Source of the DNA: Macrostomum lignano | Taxonomy: Eukaryota | Direction of reading: 5' to 3' | Assembly: GCA_002269645.1 (NCBI GenBank) | Contig: NIVC01004012.1 | Location: 1 to 64,000 of the forward strand | Length of the DNA: 64,000 nucleotides | Shown here: positions 45,071-58,055 of the stretch, piece after piece | Numbering within the stretch: the first letter of the stretch is position 1 | How the letters are laid out: every line of letters starts with the position of its first letter | The notes under the pieces: model-generated | The model's database searches: none | What the model was told of the DNA's origin: nothing | What the model saw: the letters and a program-made list of their open reading frames with translations, nothing else | Translations under genes and position numbers: made by a program

Positions 45071-48000
45071 TCAGCTGAACTGCATATCCCTTAACCGAAT
45101 CTCCTCCTTAGCCGGATCAACCGAGTCAATAACGGCGATAAACCTGGCGCCCAGGTGAAGCCGACTGCGCCCGGCCGGATCCCGAGGATACCTGCTGACG
45201 TGCAGCAGAGCTGAGCAGGCGCAGCCAATATCGCAGAAGGCGCCAAATTCAGCTACATTTTTTATTACACCGGCGACGGACTGGCCGGCCGACAACGAGG
45301 CAACGTCGGTGACGCCGTCTAAGAATAGCGGCGCGCCTGGCTGCCCAGCCTCCGCCGATGTCGGACCGGCACCGGCTAGCAGTTCCAGAAGGCGCCGGTC
45401 ATCGTCTGAATAGTCGGCATTAGCTGCCGACTGCTCGAGGAACTGATGACAAACTGTCGACAAATTGGGCGCGTCGGAGCGCAAACCCAGCCGAGCTAGC
45501 AGGCGCTCAGCTGCCGCGTAGGACTCCGGATGGACGCAGGTGGCGTCCAGCGGATTGGGTCGGTAGCTGACCGCCGACCGCTTGACCCGCTTCCCGCCGG
45601 CCGTGTCCGGGCCGTCGTCGGTTGTCCGTTTTCGCTTGCCTCCCTTTGCAGCGGCTGGCGGAGGCGGCGCCGGCAGAGGCTGAGAACAGTCGTCAATGTC
45701 CATAGGTTCCTCCTGGTGCTGGTCGGGCACCTGCCGAAATGAAAATTAGTCATGTTGTTAGGAGTTGCTTAGATGGTAGGGAGGAGAGTGGGAGACAGAT
45801 TCACCTGGGTATGGTGGGAGAGTGGGAGGTAGATTCACCTGGGTATGGTGGGGAGAGTGGGAGGTAGATTCACCTGGGTATGGTGGGGAGAGTGGGAGGT
45901 AGATTCACCTGGGTATGGTGGGGAGAGTGGGAGACAGATTCACCTGGGTATGGTAGGGAGGAGGTTGGGAGACAGATTCACCTGGGTATGGTAGGGAGGA
46001 CAGTGGGAGTAGATTCAGATTAACAAAAAAGTGAAGATTTAGAGATGGTATCCCGACAACTCTGCTACAAGAGCAGGCCAACAGAGAGAGGACAGAGGCC
46101 CATTGCGCACCGAGTGATCCCCGCTGGCCGGTGCCGGCGGAAGGACGCGAACAAATCCGGCGCACTGGTCGAAGATTGCCGGCCCGATGCCGCGTACCTC
46201 GCGCAGCTGGTCGCGGCACACGAAGGCACCATTGGAGCGTCGCCAGGCTGCGATTCGAGTTGCTAGGCCGCGGTTGAGTCCGGCAACGTGGGCTAACAGG
46301 TGCTCGGGTGCGTAGTTAAGATCGACGCCGGCGAAACTGATCACCTCCTGTTGGACGGCGAGTGCCCGACGCTCCAGCGCCTTCTCGCTGATGTCGTGCT
46401 GGTACATACCGACGCCCAGATGGCGGGCGTCCAGCTTGGCCAGCTCAGCTAGGGGGTCCTGACCGGGAAACAGAAGCTTTTTATTAGAGACAAGAGGCAG
46501 GATTGTCACAAAGCCGGCGAGAGGCATTACTGCCCATTCCATAGACTCCTCTGAGCAGGCACACAAATCATGTACACTTCACTGTGCCTTAGGGGGAGGG
46601 GTTGGCTCTCAAGGGCGTTAATTGCACGAGCAGAGCCAAGCCGAGATTCCAATTAATGTGACTGCATTTGGAATCGAGCCTGGACCGCTGGCACATCAGA
46701 GCGCCGCGCCAGACCACTGGGCTAAGTTTTAATACTTATTGTTAATCATCATATTCATGATCATATTCAGGTTCATGAGGCAATATCGGAGCGGACAGGC
46801 AAGGGACACTCAACGAGATAAGAGTGTTAAAGTGACACACCTGATACTACCCACAAAACTGATCCAAAACACCCCAGCTAACCCTAACTGAACCCTATAC
46901 GAATTAGTCCGCCACGTGATTGAAACCAACCTGCAGTCGGCGAGCGATTGACACGGCACCCCGATGGGCGATGTCCACATTTGGTAGTTCTTTAACAGCC
47001 AGATCGGAGGCGCTGTACACCGAGGCGCCGTCCTCTGATACCAGAGCGTAGCGAACTCCGCCAGGCAGACTGGGCAAGCAGGCGGAGACGAATTGCATAG
47101 ACTCGCGCTTGCCCTGTGGTTAAGTGGGGTGTGCTTGAAATTGGGGCCTGCGGTTTGGTCTGAGTGGTCTGAGAGGTGTCTGAGGTTTGGGAAAAAGGAC
47201 AGTGTCTGGGGTTTGGGGGACAAGGACAGTGTCTGTGGTTTGGGGGACAAGGACAGTGTCTGTGGTTTGGGGGACAGCGTCTGTGGTTTGGGGGACAAGG
47301 ACAGTGTCTGGGGTTTGGGGGACAGCGTCTGTGGTTTGGGGGACAAGGACAGTGTCTGTGGTTTGGGGACAAGGACAGTGTCTGTGGTTTGGGGGACAAG
47401 GACAGTGTCTGGGGTTTGGGGGACAATGACAGTGCTGGTTTCTGTGGTTTGGGGGACAGCGTCTGTGGTCTGGAGGGATAATGTCTGTGGTTTGGGGGAC
47501 AGCGTCTGTGGTCTGGAGGGATAGTGTTAATGTGGTTTGGGGGACAGCGTCTGTGGTTTGGGGGACCGTGTCTGGAGCTTGGGGTACAGTGTCTGTGGTC
47601 TGGAGGGATAGTGTCTGTGGTCTGAAGGGATAGTGTTTCTGTGGTCTGGAGGGATAATGTCTGTGGTTTGGGGGACAGTGTCTGTGGTTTGGGGGACAGC
47701 GTCTGTGGTTTGGGGGACACTGTGTTAGATTCTAGGGACACCGTGCCTGAGGTTCGGGTTTAGGGGCGACTTTTTCAGCAATCAGGCTCACCTGTCCATC
47801 GCCGATAGCAATGTAGCGAAAGCCGCCGCTCCGCTTATACAGGCCGACCAGGGCTGCACAGGCGGCGGCTTGTCGCTGCTGGCCGCCGTTAATATGCAGC
47901 GTCTCTGTGGCAACTACGCCGCCAGAGGCGTCAATCACGGCCAGCTTGCAGCCGTGCCTATAGCCAGGATCCCAGCCGGCTATCTGACAGCCGCGCACAG

Positions 48001-50131
48001 GCGACTGCAGCAGCAGATGGCGCAGATTGTCGGCGAACACGCGCAGCGCCTCCTCCTCGGCGAAGCGGGTCAGGGTGGCGCGCGCCTGCCGGGTCATGAA
48101 CGGCAGCAGTAGCCGGTCGTAGCCGTCCTTGAAAGCGGAGCGGAGGAATTCGGCGACATTGTCGGGACGGTTGGCCGATAGGAATCTAAAAAAGGAGAAA
48201 AACAGTCCTTTAGATTACTTAGTCGGTAACTTGAAAGTAGCTAGCTAGCCTATTACCCATAGCTTGGAATACCTCAAATGAAAGGAAGGTTCTCCCAGTA
48301 TGTTAGCTTGTTTCATGTTTTTATCTTTGTATATTTAATGCATTTTGCTATCTAGAACCAGAGTATAACTTTAATAGCTTGAATAAAAAGATCTGAACTG
48401 AGCGATTCTCTATGAGCATTTGAAAGCTGCGACCAATACCGTAATACCCAATGACTCAGTCTTGGGGCCTTAAGAATACCCAATGACTCCACAATCCTTA
48501 GCATCTGAGCAATACCCAATGACTCCACAACCCTTAGCATCTGAGCAATACCCAATGACTCCACAACCCTTAGCATCTGAGCAATACCCAATGACTCCAC
48601 AACCCTTAGCATCTGAGCAATACCCAATGACTCCACAACCCTTAGCATCTGAGCAATACCCAATGACTCCACAACCCTTAGCATCTGAGCAATACCCAAT
48701 GACTCCACAAGCCTTAGCATCTGAGCAATACCCAATGACTCCACAACCCTTAGCATCTGAGCAATACCCAATGACTCCACAATCCTTAGCATCGGAGCAA
48801 TACCCAATGACTCCACAAGCCTTAGCATCTGAGCAATACCCAATGACTCCACAAGCCTTAGCATCTGAGCAATACCCGATGACCCCACCGCTAGCCTTAA
48901 TTAACATCTTAGCAATACCCGATGAACCCTCCGCTAGCCTTAATTAACATCTGAGCAATACCCGATGACCCCGCCGCTAGCCTTAATTAACATCTTAGCA
49001 ATACCCGATGAACCCTCCGCTAGCCTTAATTAACATCTGAGCAATACCCGATGACCCCGCCGCTAGCCTTAATTAACATCTTAGCAATACGAAATGGCTC
49101 AGGATATTTTCCCAAACCTATTCAAAGACCATTTAAGCTAGCTACAGGATCACACGACTGCATAAGCGGACGCACCTGCGATGCAGATGCAGACAGTAAA
49201 GCTTGTACACCTGCTCGGGAAACTCCAGTTTAACAGTTAACAATTTCTTAGCCTCAAATCGATTTATTTTCAGTATCTGATGAGCGCGCAGGTGTTTAAC
49301 ATTGCAACGAAACTGCTCGCCATATTGGCCAAGCTTTTGCGCGTCTCGAACTAAGCGAGCAGCATCTGGCGCCGACAGAGACTGTTGCTGCTGTTGCTTC
49401 TGCCGCGACTTGTCTCCAGTCAGCAGCTTGTTGGCTAAGCGGCTGCGCTGACTGCACAGAAACGGGGCGTACAAAGTGCACAGCCATTCCAGTTCCGCTA
49501 GCACTTCCGAGTCCTTAGCAACAGCATCCGCTACGATGTGGCGCATGCCAGCTAGACGCTGCTCATCAACTGAGCCTAGCGATGAACATTCGCCTCTGAG
49601 TAGGGCCAGCGCCGGCGCCTCCAGACCCTGTTGGCGAGCGCGCTGCGCCAGTGTGGCGCCGCCGCTATCAGCGGATTTCTTACTAATTAGCGGCTCGGAA
49701 GCGGCCAGGTAGGCCACCTGCTGAGGCCGGGTGCAGCTGCGCAGCGCTTGCAGCAGGCTGGGTGCCAAGCCGGCGCCACCACTGCCACCGCCGCTGCTCT
49801 GCACTTTTTCAATTTTTTTCACCGTCTTCTTAACCAGCTCTGTGACTTCCATTAGTTCTTCGTAGCGCTCCTTGACCTGGCGCAGGACTTCAGTTGGCGC
49901 GTCTCTGGTCTGATCGCGCCTATACCGGGCTATAAATGGCACAGTGGCGCCCTGGCTGAGCAGGCCGGCCAGATTGCGCGCCACTCGCGGCTCCAATCGG
50001 TAGCGCTGCTCTGCCGCCGATTCGCAATAGTACTCATCTTGGCTGAGCACCTCGGCGACTGTCCACGACACGGAGGCTGTGTTGCTGGGCACGGCCGCCG
50101 CTGCCGTAGTGACTGCAGACTTTGATGCCAT
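45071..50131 (-). CDS. SRBD1: S1 RNA-binding domain-containing protein 1 (Tex family); 5 exons 50131-49176, 48185-47792, 47113-46931, 46458-46111, 45730-45071
   Basis: Tex motifs [57 protein letters not shown]|[22 protein letters not shown], Hh[14 protein letters not shown], and a C-terminal S1 domain ([22 protein letters not shown]). Phases are compatible. Confidence 0.93.
45775..46015. repeat. Intronic minisatellite, ~34-35 bp unit (ATTCACCTGGGTATGGTGGGAGAGTGGGAGGTAG)
   Basis: About 6-7 copies in SRBD1 intron 4. Confidence 0.9.
46570..46735. mobile_element. SINE-like family B copy in SRBD1 intron 3
   Basis: Shares its core with 5330-5450. Its right end resembles a reverse-oriented tRNA-like head (GGAATCGAGCC...ACCACTGGGCTA). 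Confidence 0.55.
47190..47725. repeat. Intronic G/T-rich minisatellite, ~19-28 bp variable unit (GGGGACAAGGACAGTGTCTGTGGTTT)
   Basis: Fills most of SRBD1 intron 2. Confidence 0.9.
48440..49090. repeat. Intronic minisatellite, 36 bp unit (AATACCCAATGACTCCACAACCCTTAGCATCTGAGC) grading into a ~43 bp variant
   Basis: About 11 copies plus about 5 variant copies in SRBD1 intron 1. Confidence 0.93.
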
Positions 50132-51119
50132 GCATTATGTTATGTTTGCTGATTATTCATCTTAAAATCTTTTAAAACTTGCCAAAAATTTGGACTTGCT
50201 CCATGAGCCAGCTACTTGTTAAAGTCCAGAGTGAGTGAGAATACCACTCGATGCCCTTAGTGTAGCAAGGCCTCTATACTAAACCATGACCAAACTTACC
50301 TAATTAAGCCACATATTAAACTAAAGGTTAAGAATTTATTGAGATTTTACTTACTACTTGGATGTGTTATTTCCCTAAAAGATTTTTACTTAGACAGACA
50401 GTTGCGAAAGAACTAATGAAAATCTGCCATTATGAAATATCGGCCTTCAAATTATTTCCTTCAATGCATCGTATTATTACCGAAGTAGTTGGTTCGCTGC
50501 CACTCAAAACCAAAGGCGACAGTCGATTGATTCACAGTCATTCATGAACACGGATAGAGGGGACATGACTTGCGAGCGACTGTAGGCTAATTTTTCACGA
50601 GAGCCCAAAATTGATGGGACTGCCCAAGGATGCGAACCCGGGTTCTTAGCCGGGTCTGTACGCTAATGGCCCACCTGTGCAATAACAACTTATTTACAAA
50701 ATGTTTTTACTGTCGATAAAACGCTTAAAGCAGTCTGATAATATAGAAAATAATTCTAAGAAAAAACGCTTAAATACTTGAAACAGAACTTAAAGAGCAA
50801 AATATATAAATCAACTACTTTGTATTTTGTAAGCACAAGAGAAGTAAAAAATGATGTAGCACCAAACAACCATCAACCCATAGGAACTGCAGTAATATAG
50901 GAAGGAACACAGTATTCAGTGCAATGAATCTTGTGATATTAAGATTCTATGGAGTCTTAGAGATGAGATAAGAGAGCCTCACATCAATGATTTTTGCGGG
51001 ATCACACGTGAGCTTGGGCAGGCGAAAGATTTCATTTATAAAGGAACTAACAAGATAAAATAATAGATATTATATATAATTAACTAGAAATGCGCACTCG
51101 CAATTAATGTTGTGAAAAA

Positions 51120-51470
51120 GTCGAGCATTTACTTTTATTTTCCAGTAGTTTGTCTGCGCGGTGTCGCTTAAAATTATTCTGTCAGCTAAAATTTTCTTTC
51201 CTTCCTCGGGTTTTTTTGCCTCACGACCATGCGTATGGGGTTCAGAGTTAAGAGAGGTCCAATCTAGCTCAGCCAATGAGAGAGCAGTAAGGAGAAAGGT
51301 CAGTCTGGGGAGGGGGGCAGGCCCAATCTAGCTCAGCCAATGAGAGAGCAGTAAGGAGAAAGGTCAGTCTGGGGAGGGGGGCAGGCCCAATCTAGCTCAG
51401 CCAATGAGAGAGCAGTAAGGAGAAAGGTCAGTCAGACCACAAGCGGGCAAGATTTATCAGCGTGGCCGCG
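51120..51470. repeat. Dispersed repeat family A, longest copy, with an internal ~64 bp tandem triplication
   Basis: CCAATCTAGCTCAGCCAATGAGAGAGCAGTAAGGAGAAAGGTCAGTC three times. The left part is homologous to window positions 85-260. Confidence 0.8.
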
Positions 51471-52149
51471 CATTTTCTTTCTGAATAAATTTAAATAAAA
51501 CACTGGATTGCAGTTTTTAAGTTCTGCAATCTTCAGGCTTATATTAATTTCTTTTGAAATATTATCGAGTCTGAGGCAGTCTGGAGTCAGTAAAGCTGGG
51601 TGAAGATGCTAATATAATGGATCTGCTTGTAGAAAGCCAGAAGCAATTGTTGCAGCTTCAAAAGCTTGTAAAAAATTGTAAAATTTTTTAAAAGTTTTTT
51701 AGTGTTACAATTCTAAAGACAAAAGCGCTAGTGTTGTCACTGAAAAAGTATATAAGTGCATTTTTTGCGAGTGACATCTCTAGTTATTCTAGCTAGTACG
51801 AGTACGAGCTATCTGTGGATAAAAATAAAAAGGCGGCCAACAAAAGAAAGTAAAGCAGTTATAGGACCGGGAAAGTAAACAGCAATTCAAACAGATACTC
51901 CTACACTGGTAAATATCAACGAAGAAAAATTCGTTCCTAACAGTTAAACTAATAGATCAAATGCAGCGACAGCAATTTGATAATGCCTGTGCTAATATTT
52001 CTAAGACAGTTTTGCAGACAACAATGTCTCATTGTGCTAAGGATCAAGAGAAGGCCGACTTGGTGCCACGTATTCTGAAATGGGTCAATGTTATTTTACT
52101 GTTTAATAAAGGCTCACTGTTTCCTACTTTAGAGACCCGGTGAGAGCGG

Positions 52150-52618
52150 TACCTAGCCCAAGAAGCGTCTCAGAATCACGATTGCATCGCCCCAGAGTCG
52201 TTGCAGGTAACACAGGTGAAATAAGAAAGGACTCTAGACGACTCTAAAACGACAATATGTCCCGCTAAAAGTCGCCAAAAAGTCGTCAAAGAGACAATTT
52301 GAGGCGTTTTATTGTCTGCGACTCTGAAACGACTCTGGGACCGTAAAGTCGGATCTGCGTCACTTTATGGGTTAGAATCGCATTTATAACAAATCTATAA
52401 GTCTATTTGGGTTAGTAGAAAGTTAAGAGCTAACTCGACTCTTGGACGACTTATTTGCGACTTCTCTACGATTCTACAACTCACGTGATGCGCTCGTGAC
52501 TCAAAAGTCGCCTCTCCATCGCATTACAATCATCGAGTTGTTTAAAATCATTAAGCCACCCTGAGTCGCAGGAGTTGTTTGCAACGACTATTTAGCGATT
52601 CTTTTCAGGGTAACGTTT
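52150..52618. mobile_element. Subterminal-repeat arm of a non-autonomous DNA transposon (many GAGTCG/CGACTC motifs)
   Basis: Dense, short, oriented GAGTCG/CGACTC/AGTCGC motifs ending at ...TTCTTTTCAGGGT. Confidence 0.5.
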
Positions 52619-52624
52619 CTAACG

Positions 52625-54550
52625 GGAGATGCCCGCCGGGCTGAATTTAGCCGTCTTTTATCCGATGCGTTGTCCGGAGTTTAATCCGGCAGGAATAGCA
52701 AATTTACATGCAAAAAAACGGACGAAAACCGGACGAAAAGTTTACAAAACGGATGAAAGTGTTGAAAATATGACGTTTATCCGGTTTGGTATCCGGCTGT
52801 GTGTCCGGTTATTGCCCGATAAGTAATCCGGAGGAAGCCGGATGGGAGAGCGGAGCCAATTCCGGATGAAAACCGGATGAAATGTATGGATGTTACAGCC
52901 GGATAAGAAACCGGAGCCATTTCCGGATCAAATGTATGGATACCTGTATACTGTCGTCGGATAATAATGGACATTCTAGATGCTTATTACTCAGCCTTAA
53001 TTTGTGCTCTTTACAGCGGCTTCCAAAGGTTTGGCACAAAAATTGCACTATGTGGCGGCTATTATAGCTACGGCTCCTGCTCCTATCTATAGCTGCTGCT
53101 CCTGCTATGATTCTGCTCGTATCTGTATGAACAAGCGAGGAGCTCTAGAGAAGCTTACTAGTAGAAAGCTTTCGGCAGGGGCGCGTCCAGAGGTTTCAGG
53201 ATGGGGGGGCCGATCAGGAGAGGGGAGAGAAGAGAGAGGAAGGATGAAAGAAGAGAGAAGAGATGAGATAGGAGAGATGAAAGAGGGGAAAGGAGAGATG
53301 AGAGAGCAGAGACAAGAAATGTGACAGTAGAGCTAGAACAGAGGAGAGAGGAGAGGGAAGAGAAATATGTGAGAGCAGACATGAGAGACAGTGGGAGACA
53401 AGTGGAGTGGATGGGAGGAGAAAGGAGAAAAAAGGGGGGAGAATCGAGAGGACAAGAAGAGAGGGAAGGGAGAGAAGAGGGAGGAGAGGAAAGAGAAGAA
53501 TGGAGAAGGGAGAGAGTAGAAAGAAGAGGAGATGGGAGAGCAGGAGAGGTGAGAGATGAGAGGGAGGAGAGAGTAGAGACGAAAGAGAAGAGGTGAGGGA
53601 AGATGGACGAGAGAAGAGGGGAGATATAAGCGAAAATAATTCCGGGGATCAGAATTCCACATGTTCAAAATCCGCGGGTTTCAACAGCTAAGGTAAAAAA
53701 ACTGAAAGTGGGGGGCCAATGGGGGGCCCATGGCTTTACAGGGGGGGCCTGGGCCCCCTAGCCCCCCCCCCCCTTGGACGGGCCACTGGCTTTCGGTAAT
53801 TAAAACAGAGGATTATAAAGGCTTTAATCAAAACAGTAAGGCGATCTATATAACTTTTATCCCAACACATACATGGGCGAATGCCGCTGAAAAAAATTGT
53901 AGGGCCAGCGCCAGTTTAATTAGATGCAAATATTTCCAACGGGTATTGTAAACAGTACAATAAATAGACATGGCATGATCAATAAAATTTCCTGTCAACA
54001 TTGATGCCCGGTGGCATCTGGTTAATAGATTCGGGTACAGAAGTAAACAACGGGCACATGTCCAATCGGCAGTCTTTTCCGTGGTATTTGAGCCGCAGTC
54101 CGCGTTTTGCTTCTCCCGGTCCATTTTTGAGCCTTGTGCGCTGAAAATTGACATTGACTTCAAGTGAACTCCCTCATCCGGATTTTGTCCGTTTCACTAT
54201 CCGGAAGTTTATCACTGTAAGCCGGATTCACAGCCGGATAAAAAACCGGAACAACTCCGGGTAGAAAGTTATGATTCATCCGACTTTCATCCGCTTCTTA
54301 TTCCGGTTGGCAGTCCGGTTTTCATCCGCTGATCGACCGGAGCAGGAATCGGACACAATCCGGATAAAATGTGATCAATAAAAACACTTTAATCCGGTTT
54401 TGCTCCGGAGTTTCCTCCGTTTGTTAGTCCGGTAAGAACTGCCGGATCAAAACCGGATAAAAATTCATTTTCGTCCGGAAAAGTCTAAAATTACGGATTA
54501 AACCGGATGAAGGCCGGGTAAATACCGGGTACCGACAGCCAGGCGGGTGT
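52625..54550. mobile_element. Non-autonomous DNA transposon with CCGGAT/ATCCGG-rich subterminal arms (~52625-52950 and ~54170-54550)
   Basis: Ends CCCGCCGGGCTG and CAGCCAGGCGGG are inverted repeats. Both arms carry many CCGG-centred motifs. Contains a nested hAT-type MITE. Confidence 0.6.
53176..53788. mobile_element. hAT-type MITE with 8-bp TSD GCTTTCGG and an internal GA-rich tract
   Basis: GCTTTCGG|CAGGGGCGCGTCCAGAGG ... CCTTGGACGGGCCACTG|GCTTTCGG (TSD at 53168-53175 and 53789-53796). Confidence 0.85.
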
Positions 54551-54564
54551 ATCTCATTCTTTAA

Positions 54565-54790
54565 TTCAGATGACTGACTAGGAATATTATAAGTCCTCTT
54601 AGGTCATGGCTGTTTTACCAGGCATCTCTACCTCTACTTTAAATGCCCATTCTGCCTCTCCGGTGTCGAGAATGCGGAGAATTTCATCGGTGAACGCCCC
54701 GCCTTTACTCAGAACAGGCTCACCTACCTCGGCCCAAACCTCGGCTCAAAAACTCAAAGTGGGCGCGAGCATGCTATAAGATGAAGCTTA
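54565..54790 (+). mobile_element. 3'-terminal fragment of a non-LTR retrotransposon ORF2 (C-terminal zinc-knuckle region, R1/LOA/I-like)
   Basis: Broken frames give LTRNIISPL/GHGCFTRHLY..FKCPFCLSGVENAENFIGERPAFTQNRLTYLG, matching the (T)GH...CxxC..E..EH...ECPA...R..YLG pattern. Confidence 0.6.
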
Positions 54791-57700
54791 ATTCACTCTT
54801 AACCCAGGTTCCATCAAGAGAGACTTTTAACAGTTTAAACTCACCCTCTTCCTTGTATTTGTTATCGGAAGCATGTAGATCTTTGAAGGAATCAACTACG
54901 CCAATGATAAAATAATGAGTCTTGTCCTGACGCACCATGTCTTTGCAGGATTGCACGTCTAAATAGTCTTTTAAAGCGTCTGTTGTTCTAATGTAGTCTT
55001 GGATGCTGGAAACTAGGCTAGGACCGACACCAATCATACTGCAATAGTGCAGCGGCATCAGCTGGGCCAACGCGTTGGACAAGGCGCAGAGTAGCTGGAG
55101 GGATTTTGGAAATATAGTGCATCAATTACTTGTCAGATACGAGCGTAGGAATGCCGAGCCACCCATCTTAATCGTGAACCCTTTATAATTATTTGATCAG
55201 TTACTGTAAGTAGCAAAATATGAGTTTTTAGCGCAATTTAGCATTCGCAGCAAATATTTTCAATTTTTTTACCTTAAAAAAGCACCTGTCCCGGCAGTCG
55301 CGATTGAGTAGAGTCAGACCGATATCGGGTCTGTGCAGTCTCTCCATGGCGATGCACTCGCGTATGAGACAGTTAATTGCATTGATAAGATGCAGCAGAG
55401 CTGGTTCCGGTCTGGTGTCAGGCCGGAGCTCAAGGCTCAAGACCAGTTCAGCAATACGGCAGGGATCTGCGAATTGCACATTTATGACACTGAATGTTGA
55501 ATGGGCTACTGATGTGGCACTGAATGTGTGTCACTGATATGGCACTGAATGTGTCACTGATATGGAACTGAATGTGTCACTGATATGGAACTAAATGTGT
55601 CACTGATGTGGGACGGAATGTGCTATTAATTTTGCTATTTTTATGGTACTGAATCGAAGATGACATTGACATGGCACTGAATGTGTAATTATATACGTAC
55701 CTGTATGACATTGAGCGGGTACTGAATACTAATACAAGAACGAAAAACGAAATTTCGAAAGTCGCTTATTTAAAATACTGTAATAAAAAAGACTCACCAT
55801 TGTGCTCAGCCAAAGTGACGTAGCCGTCCTGTCTGGAGTGCACAAGCGTGAGTATCTTCACGTACAGGGTGACAGTGGGCAAGTAGCGCGATCGTACAAG
55901 CCACTGACGCACTTCCGGATCCAGGCCGGTGCAGAAAAACTCAACTAATTGGTGACGCCGGTTTTCAGGCAGGCGCAGCAGTAGATAATGCAACACCTGC
56001 AGGCAGCAGTGCAGAGCTTCCGCATCGCAGTCAGTCACATGGTCGCCTGGAAGCAGGCGGACCAATTCGAATACATCGGCCACTAAAGCGGTCTCTCGTC
56101 GGCCAACATTGCGCAACAGGCCGAGCGCCGCTTCGTCAGACAGCTGGCAGAGCCGCCACAGCTGGCGCAGGGCGTCCAGTCCCAGCTGAGCCAGCTGCAC
56201 TGGCGTCGGTATCGATCGTCGTGTAGGCGACGCGTCGGCCGAGGAGAAACCGCCGCCATCGACGGAACTGAAAGAATCGTCGGCTGAGCCGGCAGCGTCG
56301 AGCGACAAGGCCAGCTGCCTGGCGCACACGCCGGGGCTGGAGCCGCGCAGCCGCAGCGCCATCAGGTAGCCGGAGAGGCGGCTGCGAATCGGCGCCAAAA
56401 GTCGCTCAGCTTCGGCAGGTCCGCAATTGGAGCTGGTCGAACTGTCCGACACCAGCGTCGGATCCAGCTCTCGCGTAGTCAGCCTAGCTAAGCAGTCTAG
56501 AGCGTCGGTAACTTCGCTGCGAGCATTCGGCGACCAAGCCGCGGCCGGCATGTCGTCCAGTATGTCGCCTGGCAGCAGGCGCTGATGCTGGAACTGCTGC
56601 GGCCGAGTCAGACAGCGAATAGCTCTGTCCGCGGTGGAGCACTGGACCAGCAGGCCCGGGTACAGAGCCAGTAGCTCGGCGCGACGCTTATGCCAGCCGG
56701 CCGACTCGGGCTGCTGGGAAACCGCTGGCCAAGTGTCCGAATCGTCCGATTCACCCGGCGTAGCCGACATTGAAGCGGCGACGTCCTCGTTCTCATCAAA
56801 TTCCATGTCCTCAGTTGTGACCGAAGCGGTTGGGGAACCCGCTGGTATGGAATGGGGCGGCGGAGGCGGCGGCTGCTGCTGCTGTTGCTGTTGCGGTCGC
56901 AGAGGAGTGTGCGGCGAGCGCATACTCAAGGGCACAGGGCCGGATACAGGGCTGCGGCTGCAGAAGCTGGCCATGCTAGGGAATTGCTGCTGCTGGAACT
57001 GTGGCTGAAAAAACTGCGTGGCCGGTATTACATCACGATTTGTTAGCTGGGAAAACTGAGTTTGCTGCTGCTGCTGCTGCTGCTCTTCCCTCTTGCGCAG
57101 TCGAATACTAAGAGATTGATTCTCAGATTGCAGCGATTCAATCTCTTTAGCGCTGAAAGTTCGTTCTGTCTCCAATTTTCTAACGTCTAATTCGGCTTTC
57201 TGCCTGGCAGCCCGCTCGTTGGCCAGGGTCTGCTTTAACGCCTCAACGGATTCGTTCAAAGCCACGTACTGGCCCTGTACAGTGTGCAGGCGATCGCGCA
57301 ATTCTGCGACAGCATCGGGCCCGGAAGGTTTTCGCATAGTGCTAGCCGAAACAGCAGCAGCGGCGGCAGCAGAGCCGCCGGCGGAATACCTGACCGTGGA
57401 TCCGGACTGCGAAGGTGCGACTGCTGTCGCCGCGTGCGCCTGCGGCGGCGGATGCCTACGCGTCTGAAAATTATAGTACTGCGACGATGAGGTTGACGAA
57501 CTCGGCCGAGGACAGGCGGGAGCAGCAGCGGATGCACCGGCGGCGCCTGAGGCGTATCTGATGCCGGAGGCTGCCTGGTTGGATACGGAGCGGCGAATTG
57601 TCGGACTAGAGGCCACGGTTGGTCTCGGCTGCTGCGGTTGCTGATGAGGCTGCTGGGCGGGTAGCTGGAGCTGCTGCTGATGCTGCTGCGGCTGACTAGG

Positions 57701-57982
57701 ATGCGAGCTTCTCCGATTAAATTTATAATCGACAACGGAGATATTTTGCGAGCAGATCTGATCGAATTCTCGAACAAAATCGTCATCATCAAAGATGTTA
57801 TCGTCGCCCCAAGGATCCTCCTCGTTGCCAATCTTATTAGCATTACTAATAATTGCATTATTATTGTTATTGCCGTGGCCGCCGCCGCTGCTACTAGAAG
57901 CTGCGCCGCCAGTGGTCGGAGGTCCCGCGGTCGATGCCGCGCGGGCATCGAATCGAAACCGCTTTGGCGGCGGCTCGGCCAT
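54774..57982 (-). CDS. ATRIP: ATR-interacting protein-like; exons ~57982-55798, 55466-55273, ~55094-54774 (3' end uncertain; possible donor at ~54846)
   Basis: N-terminal PPPKRFR...EDPWGDDNIFDDDDFVREFDQICSQ resembles ATRIP PPSKRAR...DDPFG..DFTADDLEELDTLASQ. A coiled coil (ELRDRLH...KLETERTFSAKEIESLQ) and a helical C-terminus follow. The assignment rests on these short motifs and the architecture. Confidence 0.65.
55490..55720. repeat. Intronic minisatellite, ~23 bp unit (ATATGG(A/C)ACTGAATGTGTCACTG)
   Basis: About 5 good copies plus degenerate ones in ATRIP-like intron 1. Confidence 0.85.
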
Positions 57983-58055
57983 GTTTTTAGCGCGCTGCGA
58001 GCTGTCTATGGCAATTCCTGAATAGTGGGGGGGGGGTAAAGTTAGCAATTAATGG

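Noticed and set aside
51961-52143. Short protein-like plus-strand ORF (MQRQQFDNACANISK...)
   Set aside because: 60 aa, no partner exons or recognisable homology, and it sits next to transposon debris.
53846-54163. ORF with a WTCARC-x10-CHRA zinc-finger-like stretch inside the CCGG-armed element
   Set aside because: The fourth Cys is missing, it has a non-ATG start and no splice support. It may be a captured fragment but this is unsupported.
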